Source of the DNA: an uncultured Thermoprotei archaeon
GTDB lineage: Archaea > Thermoproteota > Thermoprotei > Thermofilales > B15-G2
NCBI GenBank assembly: GCA_965367815.1
Contig: CBDUKN010000005.1
Location: 1 to 64,000 of the forward strand
Direction of reading: 5' to 3'
DNA length: 64,000 nt
Shown: piece after piece, positions 40,158 through 51,700 of the stretch
Position numbering within the stretch: position 1 is the stretch's first letter
Layout of the letters: each line of letters starts with the position of its first letter
The notes under the pieces: model-generated
The model's database searches: none
What the model was told of the DNA's origin: nothing
Seen by the model: only the letters and a program-made list of their open reading frames with translations
Position numbers and translations under genes: made by a program

Positions 40158-40206
40158 ATGATGAGCCATTGCAGATAGGAGCGGTGACTTGAGGTTTCCG
40201 GGCTGA
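40158..40206 (+). ncRNA. Box C/D methylation guide sRNA
   Basis: C ATGATGA (40158), 12-nt guide GCCATTGCAGAT, degenerate D'/C' (AGGA/GCGGTGA), guide CTTGAGGTTTCCGGG, D CTGA (40203); intergenic, GC-enriched, about 50 nt. Confidence 0.7.
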
Positions 40207-40312
40207 TTAAGAGCTTAATTATTTACAGAACTGAAGTAGAGCCGTAAAATTACATCTATTCTGAAGAGATAAGTTTTATATTTAGTGGCTTAGAGAAAGC
40301 CCTACGTCTAAG

Positions 40313-43300
40313 ATGAAGGAATTATACAGAGCTCTAGTGCTACTGATGATACTTCTAGTATTTCTTCAGCCCGAAGTACTGGGCAAAGAAAATCCTTTTG
40401 ATCTTAGAAGCTTTATTTCTTCAATAGACTTCAATAGAGTGTGGAATTATACTAAAGTACTCTCTAGCTATAGATCTCGTGTACCAGGTTATCCAGGCTA
40501 CTATAAGGCAATTAGATTTATAGCTGAATACTTTAGGAAAATCGGCGTAGGGTATATTCTAGAGAATTTTTCTGTAACTTCTCCTATAGAAGAAAAAGTA
40601 TATATAAAGGTTATTGAGACAGGCGAAGTTTTAGAGGCTCATGCGCTTTGGCCCAACATGATTGTGACGTCTAATATTGATTACAAGGGGAGAATCGTTT
40701 ACGGAGGTAAAGGAAAGCTTCTTGATTTCAACGGAAGAGATTTAGAGGGATCTATTGTTTTACTGGATTTCAACTGTAGATGGTTCTGGACGAATGCTTT
40801 TTCCTTGGGTGCTAAAGCTGTAGTTTTCATAGAGAATAAGTCTACTTTGAGGTTCGATGCCTGGCTCAAAGTCTTTCATATGCCAGCATATTTTCCTAGA
40901 CTATATGTTGATAAAGAAGTGGGAGAAAAATTAATTGAGTACGCTGAAAAGGGGTATCATGTAAAAATATATTCTAAGGTCGAGTGGCGTGAAGTAACTG
41001 CTACAAATATTGTGGCCATGATTCCGGGAACAGATGTAATTTTGTCTAAGGAGGCTGTGTGTATAGTAGCTCATGTAGACTCTCTTTCTCCAGTTCCAGC
41101 AAAAGCTCCGGGGGCTTCAGAAGCATTTAACGTAGCTCTTGTACTTGAACTAGCTAGACTCTTCCTTAAGTTAAAGCCTAAGAGAAGTATAGCAATTTTG
41201 ATTACTGGGGCTCATGGCTTGGCTTTGGCTGGGGCTAGAGAATATGTTTCAGTGCATTTTAACGAACTTGGAGTTAGAATAAGGCTTGTAGTAGAGCTTG
41301 ATTTAGATTGGACAGGCTCAGAGCTAGCTGCACAGTACTATGGTTTGTTTTATAACTTGTTGGCCTTTGTTCCAGGCTATGAGGCTAGATATAGGTGGGT
41401 AAGAGACCGTATGATCAGATACATGGATTCGATAGATGAGGCTCTTGGAGAAAAAGTATTTGTATACGATACATTGTCGCTTACGTACTTCTTTTACGAG
41501 CCAATTCCCTGTTTCTTAGACAGCGAAGTATTCGCTTTAACAGGCATACCTGCTTTCACTTTAAGAACATTTTACAGCTTTAGACCATGGCTATACACGC
41601 CATATGATACTTTAGAGCATGCAGACATAGATTTTGCGGAAAAACAAGCTAAAATAGCTCTCTCTATCATCTATTGTTTTACAAAGGATTCAGAGAAAAT
41701 GCCTTCCTCAACCCCTACTACAAGAGGTGTAGGATACGGATTTTCGTACATAAAGGGAAGAGTGTATAGGTACAATAGAACAAAGGGGTGGTTTGAACCA
41801 GTTTCAGCTATAGTGGCTTTACCTATGTGGCCTTATCACATAGGAGTGCTAACAGACTCTAATGGGACTTTCATAATTAAGGGAGTGAGATACAGTGGAT
41901 ACTACTGGCTTTTAGGATTTAGGCTAAATGAAGAAGGAACTGTTGAAGCAGCTAATGAGTATGGTGGATTAGGGCCTGTACTGCCCATGCTTTTCGGTGT
42001 TAGTGTCTATAAGACTATTTCTGAAGTAAACATTAGAATAACTGACTGTGGCTCACTTGTTATTACTAATGCATATGATCCTAGGTTCTTTATTCCAGGA
42101 TATTTGTCTTTCTCGGTTCTTAATGCTACTTATCATACGGCGCTGATAAGCCGGGGGCCTCAATACTGGTACTGGTATTCTCAAGTACTTATTCTTCCAG
42201 CTGGCACAAGAATAGAAGTAGTTATGAAAAGAGGACTCGATGTAGTCGCAGTAATAAATAATGCTTCTCCCGAGAATCCTTTAGGAAAGGGCTACTCTAT
42301 TGAGAAAGGTAAGCAAATTTTGTTAGAGAACTTTCCTCTTGTGGCAGCAAGTACTCTTTATACAATACTAGACTATAGGATAAAGACGCTCAGAGTATAC
42401 AGCTATAGAGTTCTAGACTATCACAAAGAAGCAGGAGTCTTAATAAATGAAAGCAGAAGACTTCTAAGAGAGAAAAAGTATGGAGTAGCCTATGCGTCGA
42501 TGTTAAGAGCGTGGGCTATGGAGGCCCATGCGTATAATTCTTTCCAGTTTCTGTTAGGAGACATAGGTTTTGCACTAATAGTTATTGTTGTACTGCTTTT
42601 CATAGCTTCTATGAGATTGAAGCTTTTGTTTAGAAAGTCGTCTAATACTGTTGCATTTACTTGTTTTGCTTTATCGCTATTCGTAATTTCGCTATGTCAC
42701 CCGTCTGTAAGAGCATGCTCTTTAGGCCTCTTTATAGTTCCTTCAGCTGGAGCTCTGTTAGTAATAATAGTTGTTGTCATATCGCTACTTAAGACTTTTC
42801 TTTCTCAAATAATGAAGATTAAAAGAAAGCCTCCTAGAGTATTTTCTCGCAGAGTTTTTGCAGAAATACTTCTCTTATCTCTTGCCACTTCAGTAAGTTT
42901 CTTTATGTCTGGTAATCTTACATATGTAACTCATATAAGTGAAGCTAGGCTAGGGGCCAAAGGGTCTTATAGCGGCATAATGATAAGGACTTTTCCGTGG
43001 AGTGTTCTATGTGAGGCTGAATACGATATAATCAGGAGCGAAGTCAAAGCTCTCGGCGGGTACTCTTCTATGAGAGTATGGGCTTATCCTCACTATGGTG
43101 AAGTTCGAGTAAGCAATATGACTATTCTCAAAGCGTTCTTAGGGCTGGGATTAGAGGAAGTGAAGATATCGAACATAAAAAAAGCTATAGTCAAGGGAGG
43201 CTGGTTTAGTAGTGAATTCGCGAAGGAGTGTATAGTTAGCTCTTTCTTAGCTAAAACACTAAATATTAGTGTTGGAGACGAAGTTGTACTATATGGACTT

Positions 43301-44269
43301 AGGCTGAAAGTGGTAGGGATATTTAATGAAAGCATGTTGAGTGTATTTAAAGACCTAGACGGAGAGCTAATAACTCCGAGAGACATAATGATTCCTAGGA
43401 GTGAGGAAATTCCGGTACATACAGCTCCCAAGTACATAGTTATAGTGCCGGATGAACTAGCCCGCGAAATGGACGGCAATATTTATAGTGTAGCTATATC
43501 GTTTAACAACAGTAAGCTTTTAGTAGAGTACGCACGTCGTCTAGCTTATATCTTTGATGGAGTCTACGTTTATTTGTCAGTAGACGGTGAAAGATATATT
43601 GTCGCAGCTCATCATGCACTCGGATTCAAGATAATAAATCGGTTCTTCTTAATACTTGTACTTTTCTTTTCGTCAATTATTCTTATAGTCGCATCGGTAG
43701 AAAAGGAGTTTACTACATCTGATGCTCTTCAAGCAAGCTTCATAGGAGGAATCCTAGGCTATGTAGTACACTTAGCTTTAGCTGAACTTGGTTTATGTGA
43801 GCCTAGTGTCATAACTTTGGCGCCTATAGTTAGCTGTCTTATAGGCTTTGTTCCAGTTTCACTGTCGACGGCTTTCTCGAGGAAAGTAAGAGAATTAAGA
43901 GAAGCTGCTATAGAGGCAGTTCCAGTCGAATATAGGATTAAAATAGAAGAGCCTTTACCTAGAGCTCTTGATTTCATCGAAGAGGTCGTCAAAGAGGCTT
44001 TGACAGAAGAACACGGGTATTTGATTAAACGTAGAAAAAGAACAGGCGAGTATCTTGCTCTATTAGTTCAAATACTGCCTAGAGAACTTTTCCTCTTCTA
44101 TAAAATAGTATTTAAGCCAATTACAGTAGATGGAGAAACATATATAGTCTTAGAGATAGCAGGCAAAGGCCTAGGTGCTAAGAAAATTAAAAGACGTATT
44201 GTACCCGATATAGTTGAGCTTATTGAAAACAAGTTGAGGGAAAAAGAGGGTGAGAAGCTTGAGGAGTAG
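40313..44269 (+). CDS. Second PA/M28-like + MacB/FtsX-like fusion (1318 aa), permease part degenerate
   Basis: SRVPG..G, PA insert, AHVDS, APGASE, FPRLY, NASPENPLGKGY, DLDGE.ITP; homologous to 22603-27081 but lacks the ERxxExxxLxxLG helix. Confidence 0.78.
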   Translation: MKELYRALVLLMILLVFLQPEVLGKENPFDLRSFISSIDFNRVWNYTKVLSSYRSRVPGYPGYYKAIRFIAEYFRKIGVGYILENFSVTSPIEEKVYIKVIETGEVLEAHALWPNMIVTSNIDYKGRIVYGGKGKLLDFNGRDLEGSIVLLDFNCRWFWTNAFSLGAKAVVFIENKSTLRFDAWLKVFHMPAYFPRLYVDKEVGEKLIEYAEKGYHVKIYSKVEWREVTATNIVAMIPGTDVILSKEAVCIVAHVDSLSPVPAKAPGASEAFNVALVLELARLFLKLKPKRSIAILITGAHGLALAGAREYVSVHFNELGVRIRLVVELDLDWTGSELAAQYYGLFYNLLAFVPGYEARYRWVRDRMIRYMDSIDEALGEKVFVYDTLSLTYFFYEPIPCFLDSEVFALTGIPAFTLRTFYSFRPWLYTPYDTLEHADIDFAEKQAKIALSIIYCFTKDSEKMPSSTPTTRGVGYGFSYIKGRVYRYNRTKGWFEPVSAIVALPMWPYHIGVLTDSNGTFIIKGVRYSGYYWLLGFRLNEEGTVEAANEYGGLGPVLPMLFGVSVYKTISEVNIRITDCGSLVITNAYDPRFFIPGYLSFSVLNATYHTALISRGPQYWYWYSQVLILPAGTRIEVVMKRGLDVVAVINNASPENPLGKGYSIEKGKQILLENFPLVAASTLYTILDYRIKTLRVYSYRVLDYHKEAGVLINESRRLLREKKYGVAYASMLRAWAMEAHAYNSFQFLLGDIGFALIVIVVLLFIASMRLKLLFRKSSNTVAFTCFALSLFVISLCHPSVRACSLGLFIVPSAGALLVIIVVVISLLKTFLSQIMKIKRKPPRVFSRRVFAEILLLSLATSVSFFMSGNLTYVTHISEARLGAKGSYSGIMIRTFPWSVLCEAEYDIIRSEVKALGGYSSMRVWAYPHYGEVRVSNMTILKAFLGLGLEEVKISNIKKAIVKGGWFSSEFAKECIVSSFLAKTLNISVGDEVVLYGLRLKVVGIFNESMLSVFKDLDGELITPRDIMIPRSEEIPVHTAPKYIVIVPDELAREMDGNIYSVAISFNNSKLLVEYARRLAYIFDGVYVYLSVDGERYIVAAHHALGFKIINRFFLILVLFFSSIILIVASVEKEFTTSDALQASFIGGILGYVVHLALAELGLCEPSVITLAPIVSCLIGFVPVSLSTAFSRKVRELREAAIEAVPVEYRIKIEEPLPRALDFIEEVVKEALTEEHGYLIKRRKRTGEYLALLVQILPRELFLFYKIVFKPITVDGETYIVLEIAGKGLGAKKIKRRIVPDIVELIENKLREKEGEKLEE

Positions 44270-46091
44270 TGCAGTTTTTCTTATTCTCTTTATTCTCTCA
44301 GCGATAATTATTCCTCTAATACTTTACTCGAATCTAATAGGAGCGGGATTTTCACAAATAAACGCTTGGCTTATAGTAATAGCTGTTTCAGAAATAGCTC
44401 TTTGGCTAGGGAAAAGGCTTACTCGAAGTGAAGCATTCTTAATACAGGTACTATTGCCTGTTATTACTGGTCAAGCTCTTCTATTCTACAATATTCTCTA
44501 CTACAGCTATATAGTGTGGAGCCCTTTCTCGAAAGAGTTCAGTTTCACCAAAATTATATGGTGGTTTCCCCAAGAGCCATTAGTAGCTTTGAATATAAGA
44601 AGTTTCATTCAGCCTACTTTTGCTCCTATAGTAGCGATTTTTGTTACAACATCTCTTATTAGTACTGTATCGGGACTTGCTTTAGGTTATATAGGATATG
44701 AATTACTGGTAGTCAAAGAGAAGCTTGACTTTCCTATGCAAGTAGCTGTAGCTGATGGTCTTTCAGCAGTAGTAGGAGAAGACCCCGTTAAAGTCAAGTT
44801 TTTCTCTATATCAGCCATTATAGGTATACTTTATGCAACATTAACTACACTAATACCTATTCTTGCTATGCGCCAAGTGCCTGCTCTGCTACCAATATTT
44901 ACCTACGACTTGACTCTAGTGGTAGAACATTTTCTTCCCGGAGCTACTTTAGGCATAGACTTTAATCTGCTTACATTCTCTTCAGGTCTAGTTATTCCTA
45001 TTAAAAGAGCTTTATGCCTGCTCATAGGCTCTCTCTTAGTATATGTAATCGGGAATCATTTGCTCGTAGTGACAGGCTACTGGACTAGTAGCCCTATAGG
45101 CAGATGGATGCCTGGGTCAAATATTTCCTACTGTATTAGATGGTCGTCGTTCAATTTCTGGACAAGCTTCAACATAGGTGTGGCTCTCTCTGCTGCACTA
45201 ATACCGCTTATTTTGAAGAGAGAAGTTGTCAAAGAAGTGTTCTCTACTATAGCTCAAGTAACTAAAGGTAAGGGAGGGTATGCTTCAAGAGCTCTTTTAC
45301 TGTTTATAGCTCTTTCTTTCTTAAATATCATGCTACTAGTGTTAGCTTTACCGGAGTTTCCCGTGTATTTAGTGGCATGTTTCATGCTACTATGGCCACT
45401 AGTCTCTACACTAGTATCAGCTAGCTCTATAGGTGCCTCAGTCTACAGCTTTAACATACCTTATGTCAAAGAAGGACTCATAATAGCGTCGAAGTATAAG
45501 GGTCTTGACGTGTGGATTTATCCGCTATACCTTGATCCAGGAGGAGCAGGATATACTGCTAACATGAAGACTTCTGTACTCTGTGGAGTAAAGCCAGGAG
45601 ACTACATCAAGTACACAGTGTTAGCAGTAATTATGGGCATAGCTCTCAGCTTTATTTTTACTACAATCCTGTGGTATATACATCCTATTCCATCATGGAG
45701 CTACCCTGCTACAGCATATAACTGGCAGATATCGGCCTATAATTTCCTCTTAAACATCTCGTGGATGAGTCACGGCGAGATCATTAAGCCGCATATAATA
45801 CTACTGGGAGTAATTATAGGAGGCATAGGCTATATTACAGCATATATCTTCAAAAAGGAAGCCCTTTTCTTCTCACTAGTAGCAGGTCTATCGCTAGCTC
45901 CTTCAGCTGCTCTAACAACATTCATAGGATCTCTAGTCAGTAGCCAGCTAATGTCGAGAATATATAAAGATAAGTGGCAAGAATATGTAGGAAGCGTGAC
46001 TTCAGGTTTAACTGCGGGCTGGGGAGCTGTTAGTTCATTTGCTTCAATAATAGCTTTTATCCAGAGGGGAGTATGGGTACTGCCATATTAA
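44250..46091 (+). CDS. OPT-like transporter, type A
   Basis: T.SEAF.I, EKLDFP, LPGATLG, IPY.KE, PIPS..YP, C-terminal GVWVLPY; paralogue of 27087-28994. Confidence 0.7.
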   Translation: MRSLRSSAVFLILFILSAIIIPLILYSNLIGAGFSQINAWLIVIAVSEIALWLGKRLTRSEAFLIQVLLPVITGQALLFYNILYYSYIVWSPFSKEFSFTKIIWWFPQEPLVALNIRSFIQPTFAPIVAIFVTTSLISTVSGLALGYIGYELLVVKEKLDFPMQVAVADGLSAVVGEDPVKVKFFSISAIIGILYATLTTLIPILAMRQVPALLPIFTYDLTLVVEHFLPGATLGIDFNLLTFSSGLVIPIKRALCLLIGSLLVYVIGNHLLVVTGYWTSSPIGRWMPGSNISYCIRWSSFNFWTSFNIGVALSAALIPLILKREVVKEVFSTIAQVTKGKGGYASRALLLFIALSFLNIMLLVLALPEFPVYLVACFMLLWPLVSTLVSASSIGASVYSFNIPYVKEGLIIASKYKGLDVWIYPLYLDPGGAGYTANMKTSVLCGVKPGDYIKYTVLAVIMGIALSFIFTTILWYIHPIPSWSYPATAYNWQISAYNFLLNISWMSHGEIIKPHIILLGVIIGGIGYITAYIFKKEALFFSLVAGLSLAPSAALTTFIGSLVSSQLMSRIYKDKWQEYVGSVTSGLTAGWGAVSSFASIIAFIQRGVWVLPY

Positions 46092-48037
46092 AGCAAGACA
46101 GGATAAGAATATTGAGGAATTACGCACTGGTAGTGTTTATTTCAGCGACTTTATCCTCTATTTCAGTTAGAATGATATGTATTAGAGGTGCGGGACTAGG
46201 ATTAATGCTGCCTGTATACTTAAATTCATCAGCTATATTGCTGTTCTTCCTTCTGGCTATTCTCTCTGATCTTTTGCTAGAGCTAGGCTTTAAGCCCAGC
46301 AAATTCGATGTAGCTTTAGTCTATATATCAATATATGTGTCTACTTCTATTGGAGGAATATGGCTTCTAGCGGGATCTATCGGCAGAGCAATGTTTCTTT
46401 CTTATCAAGAACCCTTTAGATCGCTTACAGCTGAATATAGGCCGTACTTCTGGGCACCGCCCGGAAAGTACTTAGCTAAACTCATGGCATCTCCTATGTC
46501 TATTGACTGGAGCGTATGGACTGTACCTCTTCTTTACTGGTTTTCGTTAGCTTTCTTAGCATGCTTACTAGCTATTTCGGCAGGCCGTATTCTAGCACCA
46601 GTATTGGTAGATTTAGAGGAAATGCCGTTCCCTACAATTACATTATACAGAGGAATTAGAGATTCTTTCAAGAGGGATGGACTCATAAGAAGAATTTTCC
46701 TATACTCTGCGCTAGTGTCATTTTTGATAAACTTGCCGGCTTTAATTCGACTAGCAGTACCATGGTTCCCCCTGTTTCCGTTCCCTCAGGCCTATGGATA
46801 TACTATGACCATAGATTTAGCGGCCGTAAGAGAGCTCAGAGTATTTATTGCGCAAAACGCGGTTTTAGTTTTATCAATTAATCCGCTGTGGATTGCTGCA
46901 TGCTATTTGCTTCCACTGGATACTCTGCTAACGTGGTGGATTTTTTACATAATTTTTAATGTTGTGTACCCGCTACTAGCTGTTTACTCGAATCTGCTCC
47001 CTCCACTAACACTACCCTTTGGAGCTCGACGAATATGGGTCTTGCAAAACTTTCGATATGGATTGTTCATGCCGTATATAGCTATTACAGTCGGAGGACT
47101 TATTTCCTTAGGAGTAGTCTCTATAGCAAAACTATTCTTATTAGCTAAAAGAACTACACGGAAATTTCTCCTTTTAATTGCTTTAGCTATAGCGGGACTC
47201 TCAGTACTATCCGCTGTAAACAGATTTTCTCTAGGGCTTATTGTGTTCTCGCTACTTTCTACAATACTTGCTATGGCCATTTACTTAGGCATTCTTTCAC
47301 TTGTAGGAGAGAGCTTTATATTACCTGTAATGCTTGCAAGACCATTTAACGCGGCACTAGGACAGTACTTGAGCGAATACATAGGTTTATCTACGTCGCA
47401 GGCTTTCGTGCCAGTACATGTTCTCGGAGTACTGCTTCTCGGCGAAGCCTCCTACTCTATTCTGGCTCCGGGAGTAGCTCTACTTGAAAGCTATCGACTA
47501 ATAGCGTCGCCAAGGTATAGGCCTAGAGAAGTCAGAGTACTTAGAAATAGTCTAGCTAAGCTAACTATATTGTCGGTGGCAGTTTCGCTTTTCTCAGCGT
47601 ACTATACTATGATTTCAACAGCACATGAATACAGTATAGGGAGCTTACCCGGCCTTAAGACAATAGTCTTCGAGTACGGTAAAGCTGAAGCAGACTTCTT
47701 AATGGACGCCGCTAAAATAATGGTCAGCGAAAATTGGTGGACAAGTCTAGTACTCGGTATGCTGTTCTTATCTATAGTCTCGCTGATAAGGCTTAAAATA
47801 CTCGCTTTCCCCATATGCCCTGTAGGACTAGTTTTATCTACTTCAGAGTTATCGCTTTACGGAATGTGGTTTTCAGCTCTGCTTGCTTACATACTCAAGA
47901 GAACTACTCTGGCTTTAGGAGGACCAAGGCTTTATATGAGAGAAGGTAGGGCTATTGCAGTAGGAGTAATTTTAGGTTACTCATTAAGCTACATAGCGTC
48001 GTCTGCACTCAGTTTCGCTTTATACTTTATTCACTAG
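46073..48037 (+). CDS. OPT-like transporter, type B (DUF6785/DUF6784-like, from memory)
   Basis: WAPP, EEMPFP, YLLPLD, PICPVG, K.....GG..LY..G...A.G..LG; paralogue of 20479-22452. Confidence 0.65.
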   Translation: MGTAILKQDRIRILRNYALVVFISATLSSISVRMICIRGAGLGLMLPVYLNSSAILLFFLLAILSDLLLELGFKPSKFDVALVYISIYVSTSIGGIWLLAGSIGRAMFLSYQEPFRSLTAEYRPYFWAPPGKYLAKLMASPMSIDWSVWTVPLLYWFSLAFLACLLAISAGRILAPVLVDLEEMPFPTITLYRGIRDSFKRDGLIRRIFLYSALVSFLINLPALIRLAVPWFPLFPFPQAYGYTMTIDLAAVRELRVFIAQNAVLVLSINPLWIAACYLLPLDTLLTWWIFYIIFNVVYPLLAVYSNLLPPLTLPFGARRIWVLQNFRYGLFMPYIAITVGGLISLGVVSIAKLFLLAKRTTRKFLLLIALAIAGLSVLSAVNRFSLGLIVFSLLSTILAMAIYLGILSLVGESFILPVMLARPFNAALGQYLSEYIGLSTSQAFVPVHVLGVLLLGEASYSILAPGVALLESYRLIASPRYRPREVRVLRNSLAKLTILSVAVSLFSAYYTMISTAHEYSIGSLPGLKTIVFEYGKAEADFLMDAAKIMVSENWWTSLVLGMLFLSIVSLIRLKILAFPICPVGLVLSTSELSLYGMWFSALLAYILKRTTLALGGPRLYMREGRAIAVGVILGYSLSYIASSALSFALYFIH

Positions 48038-48142
48038 TGCTTGGATACTAATGCTGAAGTCTTCTTCTCAGTATAGTGCTACTAGTCATAAAGAAAATTA
48101 GTGTTGTGTATAGTAAACAAATAAATATTTGTTAAAATAAAA

Positions 48143-48460
48143 ATGCCTGTGGAAATACCTCAGCAGGTACTCTCAAGAATGCAGCAACATATTAGGAAAG
48201 AAATAGTAGATTTATGTAAAAAAGAAGGAGTAACTAATATTCTCTACACAAAAGTAGGTATAGTTGAGAGAGATGGCAGAATGATGCTTTATGTTAAAAT
48301 AAAGCCGAAAGGCAAAATACCTTATGAGCTCTTAGATAAAATAGCTAAGTTAATGAGGATGAAGTACACAAGAAAAATACTCGTTGATTCTCCTCACTTA
48401 TATGCAATAAGGCTTAGTGGAGAGTTAAGAAAAGAAGTATTTAAAAGATTTAAAAAATAG
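48143..48460 (+). CDS. Hypothetical basic protein
   Basis: 105-aa ORF with typical codon use and a TATA-like element upstream; no recognised motif. Confidence 0.6.
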   Translation: MPVEIPQQVLSRMQQHIRKEIVDLCKKEGVTNILYTKVGIVERDGRMMLYVKIKPKGKIPYELLDKIAKLMRMKYTRKILVDSPHLYAIRLSGELRKEVFKRFKK

Positions 48461-48474
48461 AGATGTGCTTGCAG

Positions 48475-48624
48475 TCACTTTAAATACTTTAACACTATTT
48501 CGCCTTCTTTGAGAAATACTTGTATCTTAGATCCTGCTTTTAAGCCGAGTTTTACTCTGATATCTTTAGGAATTACTATACGTCCTTTTGAATCCATTTT
48601 GACGACGTAGACATCTTCGTCCAT
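48475..48624 (-). CDS. AbrB/MazE/SpoVT family DNA-binding protein (49 aa), not in the ORF track
   Basis: Hand translation MDEDVYVVKMDSKGRIVIPKDIRVKLGLKAGSKIQVFLKEGEIVLKYLK matches the D.KGRI.IPK.IR..LG...G signature. Confidence 0.9.
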   Translation of the reverse strand: MDEDVYVVKMDSKGRIVIPKDIRVKLGLKAGSKIQVFLKEGEIVLKYLK

Positions 48625-48747
48625 TTAAATCCCACGCACATTAACTAGCCATCTAAATATTTTTTCCTACTCTTTTCAAGAGGGCTTCTAAAGATCTCTA
48701 CATGGAACACATTTATTACTCCGCTGAGAAAAACTCTAGCAGAGATT

Positions 48748-51700
48748 ATGAGAAATAAAGCCGCTATTGTTATTATTGTCTGGCTAGTTCTACTACCAGT
48801 CTTCTCAAAATTTATAGCTCATCCCTCCTCATCTACTATTAAAATTACTTTCATAGATGAGGACTCAGAAAACCCTGTTGTTGGAGTTTTCTTGATGAAG
48901 AGCGGAAATAAATGGTTATATGTTAAGACAAATAATAGAGGTGAAATAATTGTTAACAAGAACAGTTTAATTTATGGCCCAAGAATATCTCCTAAACCAT
49001 ATTTTCCAATAAAGATAATAGCCTTAAAGAACACTACTATAAAACTAAAGAAAGCATACTTCATTGTAATGAAAAAATACTTAGCTCTATATAATCCATA
49101 TGAAAAAATAGAAAAAATTTCTCCTATTGGAGCTATCTCCTTTGAAGTAAATAATATGAGATTTGGCTATAAGAGCGACGCAAGATATCTTGGACTTAAC
49201 TCTTCAACAGTACTAGTTCCAGTAAGCGGGGAAATCATATTAATAAAAACGAATAACTTTATATTAAGTATAAATGCCACTCAAGCAAAATGGGGTGATT
49301 ATATTGAATTAGATTTAGGGAAAGTCAGCTGCAAATATAACAAGATATTCTTAGATAACTCTATAGCCAAGCTAAAAGAACAAATGAGTATACTAGAAAG
49401 AAAAGGTATTTACGTGGGGTTCTGTAAAACACTATTTGAACAGCTGATTGAACTTAAAAATAAAGCTGAAGAATTCTATAAACGCGGAAACTGGGAAGAA
49501 GCCCTTGTCGCCTATAAGAAAGCTTTTCTAATATATGGCGATATAGTAAACAGAATTAATGTTCTTAGTACTAGATCAACTTTAACTGTTCCTACTATAT
49601 CATTAGTTCTAGTTTTTCTTTCATACTTCTTGGCTTCATTTATAACTGACAAGAAGTTCAAGAAAATATTATTATATTCTTGCATATACTTTATATTACT
49701 GTTAATTATATTTGCAGTATATCCTATTTTACTTGAAGGAAATCCCTATCTTACGATATCTCCTTTATTCATATACCTATTCTCTCTGATAATCTTTATA
49801 TTATCTGAAAAGATACCTGACCATTATATCAGAGAAGGATTTTCTTTCGCCGCTGCTACTTCAGCTTCTCTATCAATAGTTTTAAGGGAGAATAGGAGAC
49901 GTAAATTGAGGTTAACCTTAACTTTGTTAACTATAGCTCTTGTAGCGTTTGCTGTACATACTTTAAACACTTTAACTATTATTCAGTGGTTCTATGAAAA
50001 GGAAGTAGCTTATGTATCTTCAGCATACAATGGAAGTATCTTAGTGACAAAACTTAAAGAAAGTGTATTTCCATATTATTCTCTTTCAATAGTATTTGTA
50101 AGAACTATTTCGAATATAGATTCTCCTCAAATAATTTGTATTAAACGTGAATCTTCGCCTTATTCTAAAGAGTTTAAAATAAGTTATGGCGAAAAAGAAG
50201 TATATGCACTAGGAGCTATAAGCTTTACATCCGAAGTAAAGTATTTTCTCCCTCTAAAAGAAGCCGTAATAGAGGGTAAAATTCCAAGTCAGGAAAGTGA
50301 AGTTCTCTTAAGTCAAACAATGGCGAGTGCCCTTGGAGCAAAGTGCGGAGATAAAGTATCTATTAATGGTATTGAGGCCACTGTTGTAGGAATATTTGAT
50401 GAAGATAAACTTAGTGAAATAAGAGACCTTGATGGAGGAAAGATATTGCCAGTAATGATAACTCGGGAAGAAGGGTCATGGAGACTTGAAGTAATTCCTG
50501 CCAAATACACTATTATCTGTTCCGAGTTACTAGGAGAACGCCTTAAACTGCCGCGCTACAAAATCTACGTAAAAGTTTTGGGAAATCCAGAAGACTACGC
50601 AAGAAAAGCCGCTATTTTAACCGGTTCGTTGGTTTTCATAAACATGGGAGGAAAAGTAAAGTACTATACTGTATCTACAGTTATTGTAGTTAAGGGAGAG
50701 TCTCTTATTATTCCGATAGTGATTGCTCTTCTAACAGTATTTGTTTCAATAATGGAGAATGTATATGAAAGAAAAAGAGAAATAAGTATACTAGCATCCT
50801 TAGGTCTAAATCCATCGAATATAGCTTATCTCTTTTCGCTCGAAGGAGCAGTCTTGGGTTTTGTGGGATCTGCTCTCGGAATGTTTGCAGGATTTATTGC
50901 ATTTAAAGCATTTAGTTTAGCGGAAGTACTTGTTCCAGTAGACTTTAAGTTATCTCCAGTAGAACTATTGTTTACAGTAGTTGCAGCAACGCTAGTATCG
51001 ATTACTGCGTCTCTTCCTCCGGCGCTAAAAGCGTCGGTCATGGTTACTCCTAGTCTTGAAAGACGTTGGAAACTAGAAGAACAGAAAGATTTCATTGAAA
51101 GAGGATTGACACAAACACTTCCAATAAGAATACCAGCAAATAGAGTAGAAGACTTTGTGAACTATGTAGTAAGCAAGTTCAGAGAACTGAGTACAGGTCT
51201 TTTGCAGAAAGTAGACTTAATTTCTGTGGAAAAAATAGGTGAAGAATACAGAATATTATTCAAGTACTACAAGGGAAGCGATATTAGCTATAAGTCGTGT
51301 TTTACTGAGAATACTTTAATATTATATAAGATCAGTGATAATGTCTACGGAGCTAAGGCTACATCAAAGCCTGTTACCCAGCACAGTAAGCTGGGACTCT
51401 ACTATGTTCATGAAACACTATCTTTTCTACGTAAAATAGCCTTGGAGTGGAGTTCGAGAGCCACACGAATACTCGTGGCTCTAGGAGAAAACCCTGCAGT
51501 ACTATACACTATAGTGAAAAAATATGACCCGTATGAAGTAATAGTTCTAACTACTCCTGAGCGCATAGAAACAGTATCAAATGCTAAGAAAATTCTTGTA
51601 AAAGAAAAAATTCGAGTACCTGCTATTAGAGTCTATTCATTATCTTCCCTAAGCGAGTTATTTAAACTAAAGGAAGACTTAAGAATTTTACTAAGTGAAG

